From Thermodesulfobacteriota bacterium (lineage in GTDB: Bacteria; Desulfobacterota_D; UBA1144; Nemesobacterales; Mycalebacteriaceae): 64,000 bases of DNA. Positions 1 through 11,500 of this stretch are shown here, piece after piece (within the stretch, counting starts at the first letter, position 1; the number at the start of each line of letters is the position of its first letter). The position numbers and the translations under genes were made by a program. Location: NCBI GenBank assembly GCA_965198945.1, contig CBDAQI010000013.1:160001-224000 (forward strand), in the 5' to 3' direction. The notes beneath the pieces are model-generated. The model was not told the origin of the DNA. It saw nothing but the letters and a program-made list of their open reading frames with translations, and did no database searches.

Positions 1-1
1 T

Positions 2-814
2 GAGCTTATAAACGCCGAATACATAAGAGAAATTGAGCCGGGAGAAATAGTTGTCATTGATGCGGATAAATTACAATCTTTTAAGCCTTTTCCTGAAAAA
101 CCCCCCGCAACCTGTATTTTTGAATATATATACTTTTCCCGTCCCGACAGTAATTTGAACGGACGCAACACCTATCTGGTCAGAAAACAGCTTGGAAAAC
201 AGCTTGCCGTTGAGCATCCGGCCGATGCCGATATTGTCATAGCGGTTCCCGATTCCGGTGTCCCGGCGGCCATGGGGTATTCTGAACAGACGGGCATTCC
301 ATATGAAACGGGATTTCTAAGAAGTCATTATGTGGGAAGAACATTTATTGAACCGGAACAGTCAATCAGAAACTTCGGAGTAAAACTTAAACTAAGCGCC
401 ATAAGAGATATTATAAAAAACAGAAAAATTGTTGTCGTGGATGATTCAATAGTGAGGGGAACAACAAGCAGAAAAATAGTTAAAATGCTCAGAGATGCCG
501 AAGCCCGGGAAGTACATGTAAGAATATGTTCGCCTCCCATGAAGTTTTCCTGTTACTATGGAATAGATACGCCTGACAAGGGCGAACTTATAGCCAATTC
601 GCTGAATGTTGATGAAATCAAGAAATACATAACGGCTGATTCTCTGGGATATCTGAGCAGGGAAGGCATAGATATCGCTGTTCAACAATGTTCTTCTCCG
701 GCGCGAAAGAAAAAATCTGAGGGATACTGTTATGCTTGCTTTTCCGGAGACTATAAGGTTGAAATAGACGACCTGAAGCTGCCTCCTATTCAAATGGGTC
801 TTTTTCTGGACTGA
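2..814 (+). CDS. purF: Amidophosphoribosyltransferase, 3' part (5' end outside window)
   Basis: Frame open from base 2 (…CIFEYIYFSRPDS); PRPP motif VVVDDSIVRGTTS, YVGRTFIEP, CYYGIDTP, C-terminal CxACF. Confidence 0.97.
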   Translation, partial: ELINAEYIREIEPGEIVVIDADKLQSFKPFPEKPPATCIFEYIYFSRPDSNLNGRNTYLVRKQLGKQLAVEHPADADIVIAVPDSGVPAAMGYSEQTGIPYETGFLRSHYVGRTFIEPEQSIRNFGVKLKLSAIRDIIKNRKIVVVDDSIVRGTTSRKIVKMLRDAEAREVHVRICSPPMKFSCYYGIDTPDKGELIANSLNVDEIKKYITADSLGYLSREGIDIAVQQCSSPARKKKSEGYCYACFSGDYKVEIDDLKLPPIQMGLFLD

Positions 815-820
815 ATTTTG

Positions 821-3607
821 TTATTCGGTATCGCCTGCAATTCGTTTCATTTCTGATTTAAGAACAGTTTTCCGCAGCAAAAATTCCTCAAGTTTTCCCC
901 TCTCTTTCTGGATGATTTTATCAGGGGCTTTGTTTGTAAAATCAGGATTGGCAAGTTTATGCTCGCAAGCGCTTATTTTTTCGGAGATTTCCCGGATCTG
1001 TCTTTCTATGGCATCCGCGTTTCCGGCGGAGAGATTTCTTTCTTTCTTTTCCGGTTCTATTTTGAGATTGATGTTCAGCCTCCCGGGGATTTCTTTTTTC
1101 GTAATAACAAAAGAGACTGAAAGAGAAAAACCTTTTGCGGAAGAAAACTCTTTTTCATCTTCACAAAAGTGATGGGAGGAGATTCCGGCGAGTTTTTTCA
1201 GTATGGAGATTTCAGATTCAATTAAGGATTTTATGCGCTCCGAATTTTCTCCCGGCTCCGGAAAAAAAGAGACTTTTATTTTTTCAGACACTTTGATTTC
1301 CGCGGCTCCCCTTTTTATACGAATTTCATCAATGAGTCCTTCAAATAAAAATTTCATTTCATTGTATTCGGAGTCAAAGCTTTCCGGCACATTTTCATCA
1401 AACTCAGGGTAGTTTGAATCAAGCAGACTGACGGCTTCGGCACCGGAAAAAATTTTTATTCTCTCGTTTATTTCTTCTGTAATATGAGGGCAGAAAGGGT
1501 GGAGAGCATGTGCCGAGACTGACAGAACATACATAAGAACATGACCTGTTTCCCGTGCTTTTTCCGGGTTTTCACCGTATATTGAAATTTTTGCGGATTC
1601 AATGTAGCGGTCACAAAAGTCTCTCCGGAAAAAACGATATATCTCCCGCGCGGCTTTGCCGAACTCATATTCTTCCATATATTCATCAATGTTTTTTAGA
1701 CATTGTTTGAGACTTGCAAGTATCCATTTGTCGGACCTGCTGAGTTTTGCGGACGGTATAACCCCTTCCCCGCATTTATCAAACCGCCCCGGTTTTTCAT
1801 CAATTTCAAGAATAAAACGCGCCGCATTCCATATCTTGTTCATAAAATTTCTGTATCCCCTGATTGTTGAAAGGGAAAGTTCAATATCTTTTCCGCCCGA
1901 AGTCAGAGCACAGAGACAAAAACGAAGAGCATCAGCGCCGAATTGATCCGCAATTTCAAGAGGGTCTATTACATTGCCCTTGGTTTTGCTCATTTTTTCG
2001 CCCTTCTCATCTCGTATCAGGCCGTGAATGCATATGTCGCCGAAAGGGCTTTTCCCCGTAAATTGAAGTCCGAACATGGCCATGCGCGCCACCCAGAAAA
2101 ATATTATGTCAAACCCGGTTATCAGAACCGTTGTGGGGTAGTATGTTTGGAACAAACGGTCGTCTTCCCGGCCCCAGTTCAGGGTAACAAAAGGCCACAG
2201 AGCGGAAGAAAACCATGTGTCCAGAACATTCGGATCCCTTGTGATTTCAACTTTTTCGCCGTAATGTCTGAAAGAGCTTTCCGCGGCTTTTTTTCCGTCT
2301 TTTTCAACAAACACTTCCCCGTCAGGCCCATACCATGCGGGTATTTGATGCCCCCACCATAGCTGCCGCGATATACACCATGGTTCTATGTTTTTCATCC
2401 ACTGAAAATAGGTGCGTTCCCAGAATTTCGGATAAAATTTCATTTCATCTTTTTCAACTGCCCTGACGGCTTGCCCGGCAAAACTTTTAACGTCCATATA
2501 CCACTGTTCCATAAGACGCGGTTCTATGACGGCTCCCGACCTGTCGCCGTAGGGAACAGTATGTGAAATGTTTTGCGTTTTTTGCAGAAATCCGCCCTCT
2601 TCCAGATCTTTAACAAGCTTTTTTCTCGCTTCAAACCTATCAAGTGTTCTGTATTTTTCGGGCGCATTCTCATTCAGACATGTGTTTTCATCAAAGATGT
2701 TTACTGGAGACAAATTGTGCCTTTTGCCGACTTCAAAATCATTGAAATCATGGGCGGGGGTTATCTTGACCGCGCCGCTTCCTTTTTCGGGATCCGAATA
2801 CTCATCCGCGATTACCGGAACGGATCTTCCGGTGAGAGGCAAATCAACCTCCGTGCCGACAAGGTCTTTATACCTGTCATCTGAAGGATGAACCGCGACC
2901 GCCACATCACCGAACATAGTTTCAGGTCTGGTTGTGGCGACAGTTATATGTCCGTCGCCGTCTTTCAAAGGGTATTTTATATGCCAATAGTGTCCCTGAA
3001 CTTCTTTCTGTTCCACTTCCAGATCAGAAATTGCGGTTTTCAATTTCGGGTCATAGTTAACCAGCCTGTAGTCGCGTCTGATAAATTTTTGCTTGTAAAG
3101 TTCAACAAAAACATCTTTGACGGCATCGGAAAAACCGTCATCCATTGTAAACCTCTGTTTGCTCCAGTCCGGAATAAAACCGAGTCTGCGTATTTGTTCA
3201 AAAATTTTGTCTCCTGATTTTTCCTTGAACTCCCAGACTTTCTCAATAAAATTCTCCTTTCCGATGCTTTCCCTCTCAATCCCTTCCTTTGCAAGTTCAC
3301 GCTCAACAATCATCTGAGTCGCAATTCCCGCATGGTCGGTTCCCGGAACCCAGAGCACATCAAATCCTTTCATTTTTTTATAACGGACGAGAACGTCCTG
3401 AAGAGTGTTGTTGAGGGCATGCCCTATATGCAGAGAGCCCGTAACGTTGGGAGGCGGCATAACAACGGAAAAAACCGGTTTGCCGCCCTTGTCTGTTTTT
3501 AAAGACTTGAATTTTTCATTCTCAAGCCAGAAATTCCGCCATTTTTCCTCAAGCGGGACCGGGTTGTATGTTTTTTCCATGCCTTCCGGAACTGGAGGCA
3601 CGGTCAT
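821..3607 (-). CDS. valS: Valine--tRNA ligase
   Basis: [13 protein letters not shown] (HIGH), [17 protein letters not shown]-terminal coiled coil; ATG overlaps the rpoC stop (ATGA). Confidence 0.98.
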   Translation of the reverse strand: MTVPPVPEGMEKTYNPVPLEEKWRNFWLENEKFKSLKTDKGGKPVFSVVMPPPNVTGSLHIGHALNNTLQDVLVRYKKMKGFDVLWVPGTDHAGIATQMIVERELAKEGIERESIGKENFIEKVWEFKEKSGDKIFEQIRRLGFIPDWSKQRFTMDDGFSDAVKDVFVELYKQKFIRRDYRLVNYDPKLKTAISDLEVEQKEVQGHYWHIKYPLKDGDGHITVATTRPETMFGDVAVAVHPSDDRYKDLVGTEVDLPLTGRSVPVIADEYSDPEKGSGAVKITPAHDFNDFEVGKRHNLSPVNIFDENTCLNENAPEKYRTLDRFEARKKLVKDLEEGGFLQKTQNISHTVPYGDRSGAVIEPRLMEQWYMDVKSFAGQAVRAVEKDEMKFYPKFWERTYFQWMKNIEPWCISRQLWWGHQIPAWYGPDGEVFVEKDGKKAAESSFRHYGEKVEITRDPNVLDTWFSSALWPFVTLNWGREDDRLFQTYYPTTVLITGFDIIFFWVARMAMFGLQFTGKSPFGDICIHGLIRDEKGEKMSKTKGNVIDPLEIADQFGADALRFCLCALTSGGKDIELSLSTIRGYRNFMNKIWNAARFILEIDEKPGRFDKCGEGVIPSAKLSRSDKWILASLKQCLKNIDEYMEEYEFGKAAREIYRFFRRDFCDRYIESAKISIYGENPEKARETGHVLMYVLSVSAHALHPFCPHITEEINERIKIFSGAEAVSLLDSNYPEFDENVPESFDSEYNEMKFLFEGLIDEIRIKRGAAEIKVSEKIKVSFFPEPGENSERIKSLIESEISILKKLAGISSHHFCEDEKEFSSAKGFSLSVSFVITKKEIPGRLNINLKIEPEKKERNLSAGNADAIERQIREISEKISACEHKLANPDFTNKAPDKIIQKERGKLEEFLLRKTVLKSEMKRIAGDTE

Positions 3608-6600
3608 ACCCCCAGTTTTTCTTCAAGTTTTTCGGATTGAACTTCTTCCAGAACGGGAACTGGAACCGGAACCTCATCTTCCTGTTTTTGAATTCTGATG
3701 TCTTTATACATCCCAAGCCCGGTGCCCGCAGGTATGATTTTCCCGATAATGACGTTTTCTTTAAGTCCTTTGAGTTTATCCTCTTTGCTTTCGCATGCGG
3801 CTTCGGTAAGAACCTTTGTAGTTTCCTGGAAAGACGCGGCGGAAAGCCAGCTTTCAGTGCTCAAAGAAGAGCGGGTGATTCCAAGTAGCAGAGGTTCGGC
3901 TGTGGCGGGCTTGCCGTCTTGCTCTTCCACTTCAGCATTTTCTTTATGGAAAAAGGTTTTTGTTATATGTTCTCCGGGAAGCATGGTTGTATCTCCCGGA
4001 TCTTTAATTTTGACCCTTTTCAGCATCTGTCTGACTATCACTTCTATATGTTTGTCGTTTATCCTCACACCCTGGAGTTTGTAAACTTCCTGGATCTCTT
4101 TGACCAGAAACTCGCTGAGAGCCTTTTCCCCTTTAATTTTAAGAATATCATGAGGGTTTTCGTCACCATCCACAAGTTTGTCTCCGGAAAACACAAAGTC
4201 TCCTTCTCTCACGAGAATATGCTCTCCTCTCGGAACAATATATTCTTTTTTCTCTCCAACTTCCGGCTGAACAAAAACACGCCTTTTGCCCTTCACGTCT
4301 TCTCCAAATGCAACGGTGCCGTCAATTTCGCTCACTATTGCGAGATCTTTTGGAACACGCGCTTCAAAAAGCTCCGCAACTCTGGGCAAACCACCGGTTA
4401 TGTCTTTTGTTTTGGCGGTTTCTTTGGGAATTTTTGCTATTATGTCTCCGGGTTCCGTCAGGTCGCCGTCGCTTTTTTCAATAATCGCCCCGGTGGGAAG
4501 ATCTTCGGATTGCAGAAGTTCTACGTCGCTCTGCTTTCCCGGGTCTTCAACTATTATTCTTGGTTTAAGTTTTGTGCTTTTGGATTCAATTACAACCTTT
4601 TCAAGCATGCCCGTAACTTCATCAGCCTGCTCCTTAAAGGTTATTCCCATCTCAAGGTCTCTCCATTTAACGGTTCCCGATTTCTCTGAAATAATAGGAG
4701 TCGTGTAGGGATCCCATTCGGCAAGAAGGGTTTTCTCTTTTACTTTTTCTCCGTCTTTGACTTTAAGACGGGAGCCGAGCTCAAGTTTGTATTTTTCTCT
4801 CTCATACCCCTTTTCATCCATAATGGCTATGTTTCCGTTTCTGTTGGTAACAACAAGCTGTCCGTCAGTCGTTTCAGCGGTTTCAAGATTGGACATTTTT
4901 ACCACACCCGCGAGATTATTCTCAAGGGTGGTTTCCATTGCACTCTGGCTTGCGGCTCCGCCTATGTGGAAAGTTCTCATTGTAAGCTGAGTTCCCGGCT
5001 CGCCGATTGACTGCGCAGCCATAATTCCCACGGCCTCACCTATTTCCACTATCTTTCCGGTTGAAAGATTTCTGCCGTAACAGAGGCGGCATATTCCTTC
5101 TTCGGTATCGCAAGTCAAAACCGAACGGATTTTAACTTCACTTATTACGCTTTCGTTGATTTTTGCCGCCGCCTCGTTGTCCACCTCCCGGCCGCTTTTC
5201 ACGATAATTTCCCCCGTTTCCGGGTTTTTCAAATCATCAAGAACTACCCTTCCGAGAACCCTGTCTCCCACATGTTCTCTCACTCTGCCTCCTTCCACCA
5301 AATCGGTATAAAGCAGGCCTTCAATGGTTCCGCAGTTTTCTTCGGTGACTATTATGTCATGCGCAACATCAATCAGTTTTCTTGTAAGATGACCGGCGTT
5401 AGCGGTTTTAAGAGCGGTATCGGCAAGCCCTTTTCTGGCTCCATGGGTTGATATGAAATAGTCCATCACTTTCATGCCTTCTCTGAAATTTGAAGTGATG
5501 GGCTTTTCAATGATCGTGCCGTCCGGCCGTGCCATCAAGCCCCTCATTCCCGCAAGCTGTCTCACCTGTGTTTTGCTTCCGCGCGCGCCGGAATCTATCA
5601 TCATATATATGGGATTTGAACTGGTCCTTTTTATCTCATTGCCTTTTTTATCCGTGGCGGTTTCAAACTTGATGTTTTCCATCATTTCGTCCGCAACTTC
5701 ATCACTTGTTTTGGACCATATATCAACAATTTTGTTGTAGCGCTCTCCGTCCGTTATCAGTCCCTGGGAATACTGTTCCTGAATTTTCATTTCCTCATCA
5801 CGGGCTTCTTTGACAAGAGTTTCCTTGCTGTCCGGAATTTGCATGTCGTCAATTGAGATGGAAATTCCGGATTTGGTGGCGTATTTGAAGCCGAGCGTTC
5901 TTATTCGGTCAGCCATAACAACCGTTTCCTTGCCGCCGTTCATTCTAAAGCAGGTGTCCACAAGACTTTCAACTTCCCCTTTACTCATGGGTTTGTTAAT
6001 GAGGTCAAAAGGAATTGTTTTTGGAATGGCCTCATCGTAGAGAATTGCCCTTCCCACGGTTGTTTCAATAATTTCATCATTAATTCTGATTTTTATCTGA
6101 GCGTGAATATCAACGTGACCGGAATGATAGGCCATCACAACTTCTTCCGGCGATGAAAAGTATTTGCCCTCCCCCTTGCTATGAGAGGAATCTTTGGTCA
6201 TATAGTAAACTCCGAGCACAATATCCTGGGTCGGCAGAATAACCGGCTTTCCGTGCGCCGGGGAAAGTATGTTGTTTGTTGACATAACAAGTGTGCGGCA
6301 CTCGGCCTGTGCCTCAATTGACAGAGGGACATGAACGGCCATCTGGTCGCCATCAAAATCTGCGTTATAGGCGGGGCAAACGAGCGGGTGAACCCTGATT
6401 GACCTGTCTTCAACAAGCACGGGCTCAAAAGCCTGAATGCTCAATTTGTGAAGTGTCGGCGCCCTGTTGAGCATAACCATATGCTCTTTGATAACGTCAT
6501 CAAGGGCATCCCAAACCACCGGAGCGCCGGTTTCAACAAACTTTTTCGCTATTTTAATTGTCGGCGCGACCGAACTTCCGTCTTTATTCTTCAGTTCCTG

Positions 6601-8496
6601 AAGTTTTTGATAGATGAACGGCTTGAAAAGCTCAAGAGCCATCTGTTTTGGAAGCCCGCACTGGTGAAGCTTCAAGTTCGGGCCAACCGTAATAACCGAA
6701 CGTCCCGAATAGTCCACCCTTTTCCCGAGCAGATTCTGGCGGAATCTTCCGCTTTTGCCTTTGATAATATCCGTCAGACTTTTCAGAGGGCGGTGGTTGT
6801 GTCCCAAAACGGGTCTGCCCCTCCTTCCGTTCTCAAACAAAGCGTCAACGGCTTCTTGAAGCATTCTTTTTTCGTTTCTGACAATAATGTCCGGCGCATC
6901 CAGTTCCAGAAGTCTTTTCAATCTGTTGTTTCTGTTTATGACCCTTCTGTATAAAACATTGAGGTCTGAAGTGGCAAAACGCCCTCCGTGGGGAACCAGG
7001 GGACGAAGGTCCGGAGGCAATACCGGAATGGTCTTCAAAACCATCCATTCGGGGCGGTTGTTTGATTTGCGGAATGTCTCACATATTTTGCGTCTTTTCG
7101 CTATTTTCGCTTTTTTCAAAGGAGAACTGGATTCCTGCATTTCAGTTTTCAGTTCTTCCGAGAGAGCCTTTAAATCAATGCTTTTCAACATGTCATAAAT
7201 GGCTTCCGCTCCCATTCCGTATGTGTAGTTAACCTCAAAGCCGTCATCCGCTTCGAGAAGTATGCTGATTTCCTCTTTCGTGAAAGAAGCCTTAATGAGC
7301 TTGCCGAACTCATCCTGGTCTTTTTTCATTTTGTCTCTAACTTTTATCAGCTGCTCATAATCCTCTCTAAAATGTGAAGGAACCTCTTCGCCTTCGGCTT
7401 CCGCTTTTTTCATTTTTCTCTCTGCGTCTCTGTAAGACCTGCGCATTTCAGAGTGTTTTTTGCCCTTCTCGCCTTTTAGAAGGTTGTCGCGTGACAGACC
7501 AACCACTTCATCTTCTGCGGTTTGTGAAAGTTCTTTGAAAGCATCGCGTATTTTTTTATCGCTTGCGGGAATCTCTTCCAGTCCGAGAGTTTTGTAGTGT
7601 TCTCCGAACTGATTCTTAAAGTCCTCCCTGGCGGACTGAAAAATATCCATTGCGGTTTTGGGTTTGTCGCCGACCCGGTCTTTTTCCAACTCGGAAACTT
7701 TGGCGTCATATACTTTCCGCTCGTTTTCGTAATTTTTTTTAGCATCCAGAAAAGAATAAATCCTGCGCCTGATCTCGTGTTCGGAAAAACCTTTTTTGCC
7801 GGACAAAAGACCCTGCAATGAAAATTTTGCGGCCACTTCCCCCGGCACGAGATATTTATACCAGAAATCCTTCACCAGAGACATTTCTTCTTCACTCATC
7901 AATAAAGAAACGAGACGTTCCACGTCTTCCTCAGTTTCAAGGTGGGTAAAATCCTGCTCGGAAACTTTTTCAAGAGAGGGAATGACATACTCCGCTTTTC
8001 TCAAACTGGCCAGATCCTCACCCGTGAGAATTTGTCCCATTTTAAGAGAGGAATTGGCCGGGTCTATGACCACGTTGGATTCGTAGTAGAGAACCCTGTC
8101 AAGGTCTTTGAGACTCATATCAAGAATCATCCCTATGCGGCTTGGAGTGCTGCGCAGGAACCAGATATGAACAACCGGTGAGGCAAGGTCTATATGAGCC
8201 ATCCTTTCCCGTCTTAACTTTGAAGTTGTGACTTCCACGCCGCACTTTTCACAGACGATGCCCCTGTGTTTCAGTCTCTTGTATTTCCCGCAGGCACACT
8301 CGTAATCCTTGACCGGACCGAAGATTTTAGGGCAGAACAAGCCATTTTTTTCAGGTTTGAAGGTTCTGTAATTTATTGTCTCGGGTTTTTTAACTTCCCC
8401 GTGAGACCATGATTTTATGGCTTCGGGAGATGCTATTGATATCTGGACCCCGGAATAATCGTCCGCTTTGTTTGTTATCATATCTTCAAAATTCAC
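3604..8496 (-). CDS. rpoC: RNA polymerase beta' subunit, 1630 aa from GTG, with a ~250-aa insertion
   Basis: NADFDGD catalytic motif, Zn ribbon CACGKYK…[23 protein letters not shown] at 8496 preceded by a GGAGG RBS (the track start at 8556 overlaps rpoB). Confidence 0.98.
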   Translation of the reverse strand: MNFEDMITNKADDYSGVQISIASPEAIKSWSHGEVKKPETINYRTFKPEKNGLFCPKIFGPVKDYECACGKYKRLKHRGIVCEKCGVEVTTSKLRRERMAHIDLASPVVHIWFLRSTPSRIGMILDMSLKDLDRVLYYESNVVIDPANSSLKMGQILTGEDLASLRKAEYVIPSLEKVSEQDFTHLETEEDVERLVSLLMSEEEMSLVKDFWYKYLVPGEVAAKFSLQGLLSGKKGFSEHEIRRRIYSFLDAKKNYENERKVYDAKVSELEKDRVGDKPKTAMDIFQSAREDFKNQFGEHYKTLGLEEIPASDKKIRDAFKELSQTAEDEVVGLSRDNLLKGEKGKKHSEMRRSYRDAERKMKKAEAEGEEVPSHFREDYEQLIKVRDKMKKDQDEFGKLIKASFTKEEISILLEADDGFEVNYTYGMGAEAIYDMLKSIDLKALSEELKTEMQESSSPLKKAKIAKRRKICETFRKSNNRPEWMVLKTIPVLPPDLRPLVPHGGRFATSDLNVLYRRVINRNNRLKRLLELDAPDIIVRNEKRMLQEAVDALFENGRRGRPVLGHNHRPLKSLTDIIKGKSGRFRQNLLGKRVDYSGRSVITVGPNLKLHQCGLPKQMALELFKPFIYQKLQELKNKDGSSVAPTIKIAKKFVETGAPVVWDALDDVIKEHMVMLNRAPTLHKLSIQAFEPVLVEDRSIRVHPLVCPAYNADFDGDQMAVHVPLSIEAQAECRTLVMSTNNILSPAHGKPVILPTQDIVLGVYYMTKDSSHSKGEGKYFSSPEEVVMAYHSGHVDIHAQIKIRINDEIIETTVGRAILYDEAIPKTIPFDLINKPMSKGEVESLVDTCFRMNGGKETVVMADRIRTLGFKYATKSGISISIDDMQIPDSKETLVKEARDEEMKIQEQYSQGLITDGERYNKIVDIWSKTSDEVADEMMENIKFETATDKKGNEIKRTSSNPIYMMIDSGARGSKTQVRQLAGMRGLMARPDGTIIEKPITSNFREGMKVMDYFISTHGARKGLADTALKTANAGHLTRKLIDVAHDIIVTEENCGTIEGLLYTDLVEGGRVREHVGDRVLGRVVLDDLKNPETGEIIVKSGREVDNEAAAKINESVISEVKIRSVLTCDTEEGICRLCYGRNLSTGKIVEIGEAVGIMAAQSIGEPGTQLTMRTFHIGGAASQSAMETTLENNLAGVVKMSNLETAETTDGQLVVTNRNGNIAIMDEKGYEREKYKLELGSRLKVKDGEKVKEKTLLAEWDPYTTPIISEKSGTVKWRDLEMGITFKEQADEVTGMLEKVVIESKSTKLKPRIIVEDPGKQSDVELLQSEDLPTGAIIEKSDGDLTEPGDIIAKIPKETAKTKDITGGLPRVAELFEARVPKDLAIVSEIDGTVAFGEDVKGKRRVFVQPEVGEKKEYIVPRGEHILVREGDFVFSGDKLVDGDENPHDILKIKGEKALSEFLVKEIQEVYKLQGVRINDKHIEVIVRQMLKRVKIKDPGDTTMLPGEHITKTFFHKENAEVEEQDGKPATAEPLLLGITRSSLSTESWLSAASFQETTKVLTEAACESKEDKLKGLKENVIIGKIIPAGTGLGMYKDIRIQKQEDEVPVPVPVLEEVQSEKLEEKLGV

Positions 8497-8515
8497 TTTT
8501 TTGCCGCCTCCATTT

Positions 8516-11500
8516 TTAAAGCTCTGATGACGCCCGCAATTCCATTTCGCGGTCACTGTCTGAAGTTAGTTCAATCTGCAAACCGAGAGATTGAAGCTCT
8601 TTTCTTAAAACATTGAAAGATTCCGGAATACCCGGGTCAAGAGACATTTTGCCTTCAACTATTGAGGCAAACATCTTTGTTCTTCCTGCAACATCATCTG
8701 ACTTAACCGTCAGGAATTCCTGAAGCGTATGAGCTGCTCCGTAGGCTTCAAGCGCCCAGACTTCCATTTCACCAAGCCTCTGTCCTCCGAAGTGAGCTTT
8801 TCCTCCGAGCGGCTGCTGTGTCACAAGAGAATACGGCCCTATTGAACGCGCGTGTATTTTCTCTTCAACAAGGTGATGAAGCTTCAGCATATACATAATT
8901 CCCACAGTTACTTTCTGGTCAAAAGGCTCGCCGGTGCGTCCGTCAAACAAAGTTGTTTTTCCGTCTCCCGGCAGGTCTGCAATTTTCATAAAACTTTTTA
9001 TTTCCTCTTCCGTGGCGCCGTCAAAAACGGGAGAAGCAATGGGAATTCCCTCTTTAAGGGCTTTCACAAGATCATAAACCTGCTCATCTTTTATTGTGTC
9101 TATGAAAGACTTGTCACCATGAGTTTTTCCATAGAATTCTTTCAATTTGTCTTTAATGGCTCCGGGACTGTAATTTTTTTCTATATATTCATTGATTTGA
9201 CTGCCGATTTTTTTGCTTGCCCATCCCAGATGTGTTTCAAGAACCTGGCCCACATTCATCCTTGAGGGAACCCCGAGAGGGTTAAGGACCATGTCAACCG
9301 GTGTTCCGTCAGCCATATAGGGCATATCTTCCTGAGGAAGAATTCTTGATACGACACCCTTGTTTCCATGGCGTCCCGCCATTTTGTCTCCCACCTGCAG
9401 ATTCATTTTGACCGCGACATAAACCTTCACAGTTTTCAAAACACCGGGGGCAAGGTCGTCTTTCTGCTCAATTTTTTTAATTCTTTCCTCATGTTTCCGC
9501 TTTGCATCACTGATGTCTTTGATGCACAAATCCGCTTTTTCTTTGAGTGTTTCAGATAACGACTTAGGCTCAACTTTAATGTTTTGAATTTCTTCAAGGG
9601 TGAGCCGCTTCAGAGCTTCAATTTTAAAAGAGTCTCCTTTTGAAATAAGGTTTTCTCCTTCTCTGGTAATATTTGAAGACGCTTTTTTATCTTTTAACAG
9701 AGAGCATATTTCTTTGTCGGCACTCTCTCGTAAAATTGTCGTCTCCAGTTCCATTTCCTGTCTTATTTTTTTAATTTCTCTGACTTCAATCTCCTGAACT
9801 CTGGAGCTTTTTTCCGAAACTGCGCGAGAGGTCAGAACTTTGACATCTATAACCGTGCCGGCAATTGAGGAATGACTTCTCAGAGAAGTGTCTTTGACTT
9901 CTCTTGCTTTGTCTCCAAATATCGCACGCAGAAGTTTTTCTTCCTGAGACAGACGCGTCTCGCCCTTGGGCGATATTTTCCCCACAAGGATATCTCCCAT
10001 GTTCACGGTGGCTCCAACCCTTATTATTCCGCTCTCATCAAGATTTTTTATCGCATCTTCACCGATATTGGTAATGTCCCGGGTTATTTCCTCTTTGCCC
10101 AGCTTTGTTTCCCTGGCCTGACATTCAAATTCGTCTACGTGAATTGAGGTGAAAACATCATCTTTGACTATTCTTTCACTTATGAGAATTGCATCCTCAA
10201 AGTTGTATCCCCCCCAGGGCATAAAGGCCACCATCACATTCTGACCCAGGGCAAGCTCACCGTTTTTGGTGGAAGGGCCGTCCGCAATAATCTGTCCCTT
10301 TGAAACTTTCTGTCCCTTTGAAACTATCGGAGTCTGATTCCAGCAGGTTCCCTGGTTGGATTTGCAGAATTTGACCATTTTGTATGTCTCAATTCCGGAC
10401 ACTGAAGAGTTTGCGGACTTGCCCGGTTTGCTGTTTTTCACCATTATGACTTCCGAGTCGGCATGGATTACCTCGCCGTCCTCCCGGGCCACGAGAGCAA
10501 CGCCCGAGTCTTTGGCAACAGATGATTCAAGCCCCGTTCCCACAATCGGTGAAACGGCTCTTATCAGGGGAGTCGCCTGCCTCTGCATGTTTGAACCCAT
10601 AAGAGCTCTGTTAGCGTCATCATGTTCAAGAAAAGGTATTAAAGAAGCGGAGATTGAAACAAGCTGGGAGGGAGAAACATCCATATGAGTAACTTTATCT
10701 TTCTCCACCATTTTAATCTCGCCTTCGGAACGGGAAGAGACAAAGTCAAGAATAAAACGCCCGTCCTCATCAAGCGGCGCATTTGCCTGCGCAATCACTA
10801 TGTTTTTCTCTTCCTCTTCCAGTGCGCTCATTTTGACCGTCTTGTCTGTAACAACACCATTCTCAACAACACGGTAGGGAGCCCTTATGAATCCTAAGTC
10901 ATCAATTTCAGCATATGTGCTTATGCTTGATATGAGACCAATATTGGGCCCTTCCGGAGTTTCCACCGGACAGATTCGGCCGTAATGAGATGAGTGGACA
11001 TCTCTGACGGCAAACCCCGCTCTTTCCCGTGTCAGCCCTTTCGGGCCCAAAGCGCTGAGACGTCTCTTGTGGGTTATTTCCGAAAGCGGGTTGGTTTGAT
11101 CCATAAACTGTGAAAGCTGACCCGTTTTGAAAAAGTCTTTTACGATTGTGTCCACAACTTTCGGGACGACAATTTCTCTGGGCATTTTATTCTCAATACT
11201 CTGGTAACCAATCCTTTCTTTAACCGACCGCGCAAAACGTTCAAGACCGCTGTAGAAGGTTTCTTCTATCAACTCTCCGACAGTTTTCACTCTCCGGTTG
11301 CCCAGATGGTCAATATCATCCACCTGTCTGCGCCCGCCCTTCAGTTCAAGGAGGTATTTCAATGTTTGAATTATGTCTTCCCTGGTCAGAGTGAGTATTG
11401 TTTCGTCAACATTGTGTTTGAGTTTGTAGTTGAGTTTTTTCCTGCCGACCTGAGAAAGTCTGTATTTGGATGGATTGAAGAACATATCGGAGAAAAATGT

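Noticed and set aside
3645..3675. GGAAC-type short repeats at the rpoC 3' end
   Set aside because: They only encode a VPVPVPV low-complexity tail.
9450..9820. Long coiled-coil region in the RpoB flap area
   Set aside because: Matches the known beta-i9/SI2-type insertion of proteobacterial-like RNAPs.
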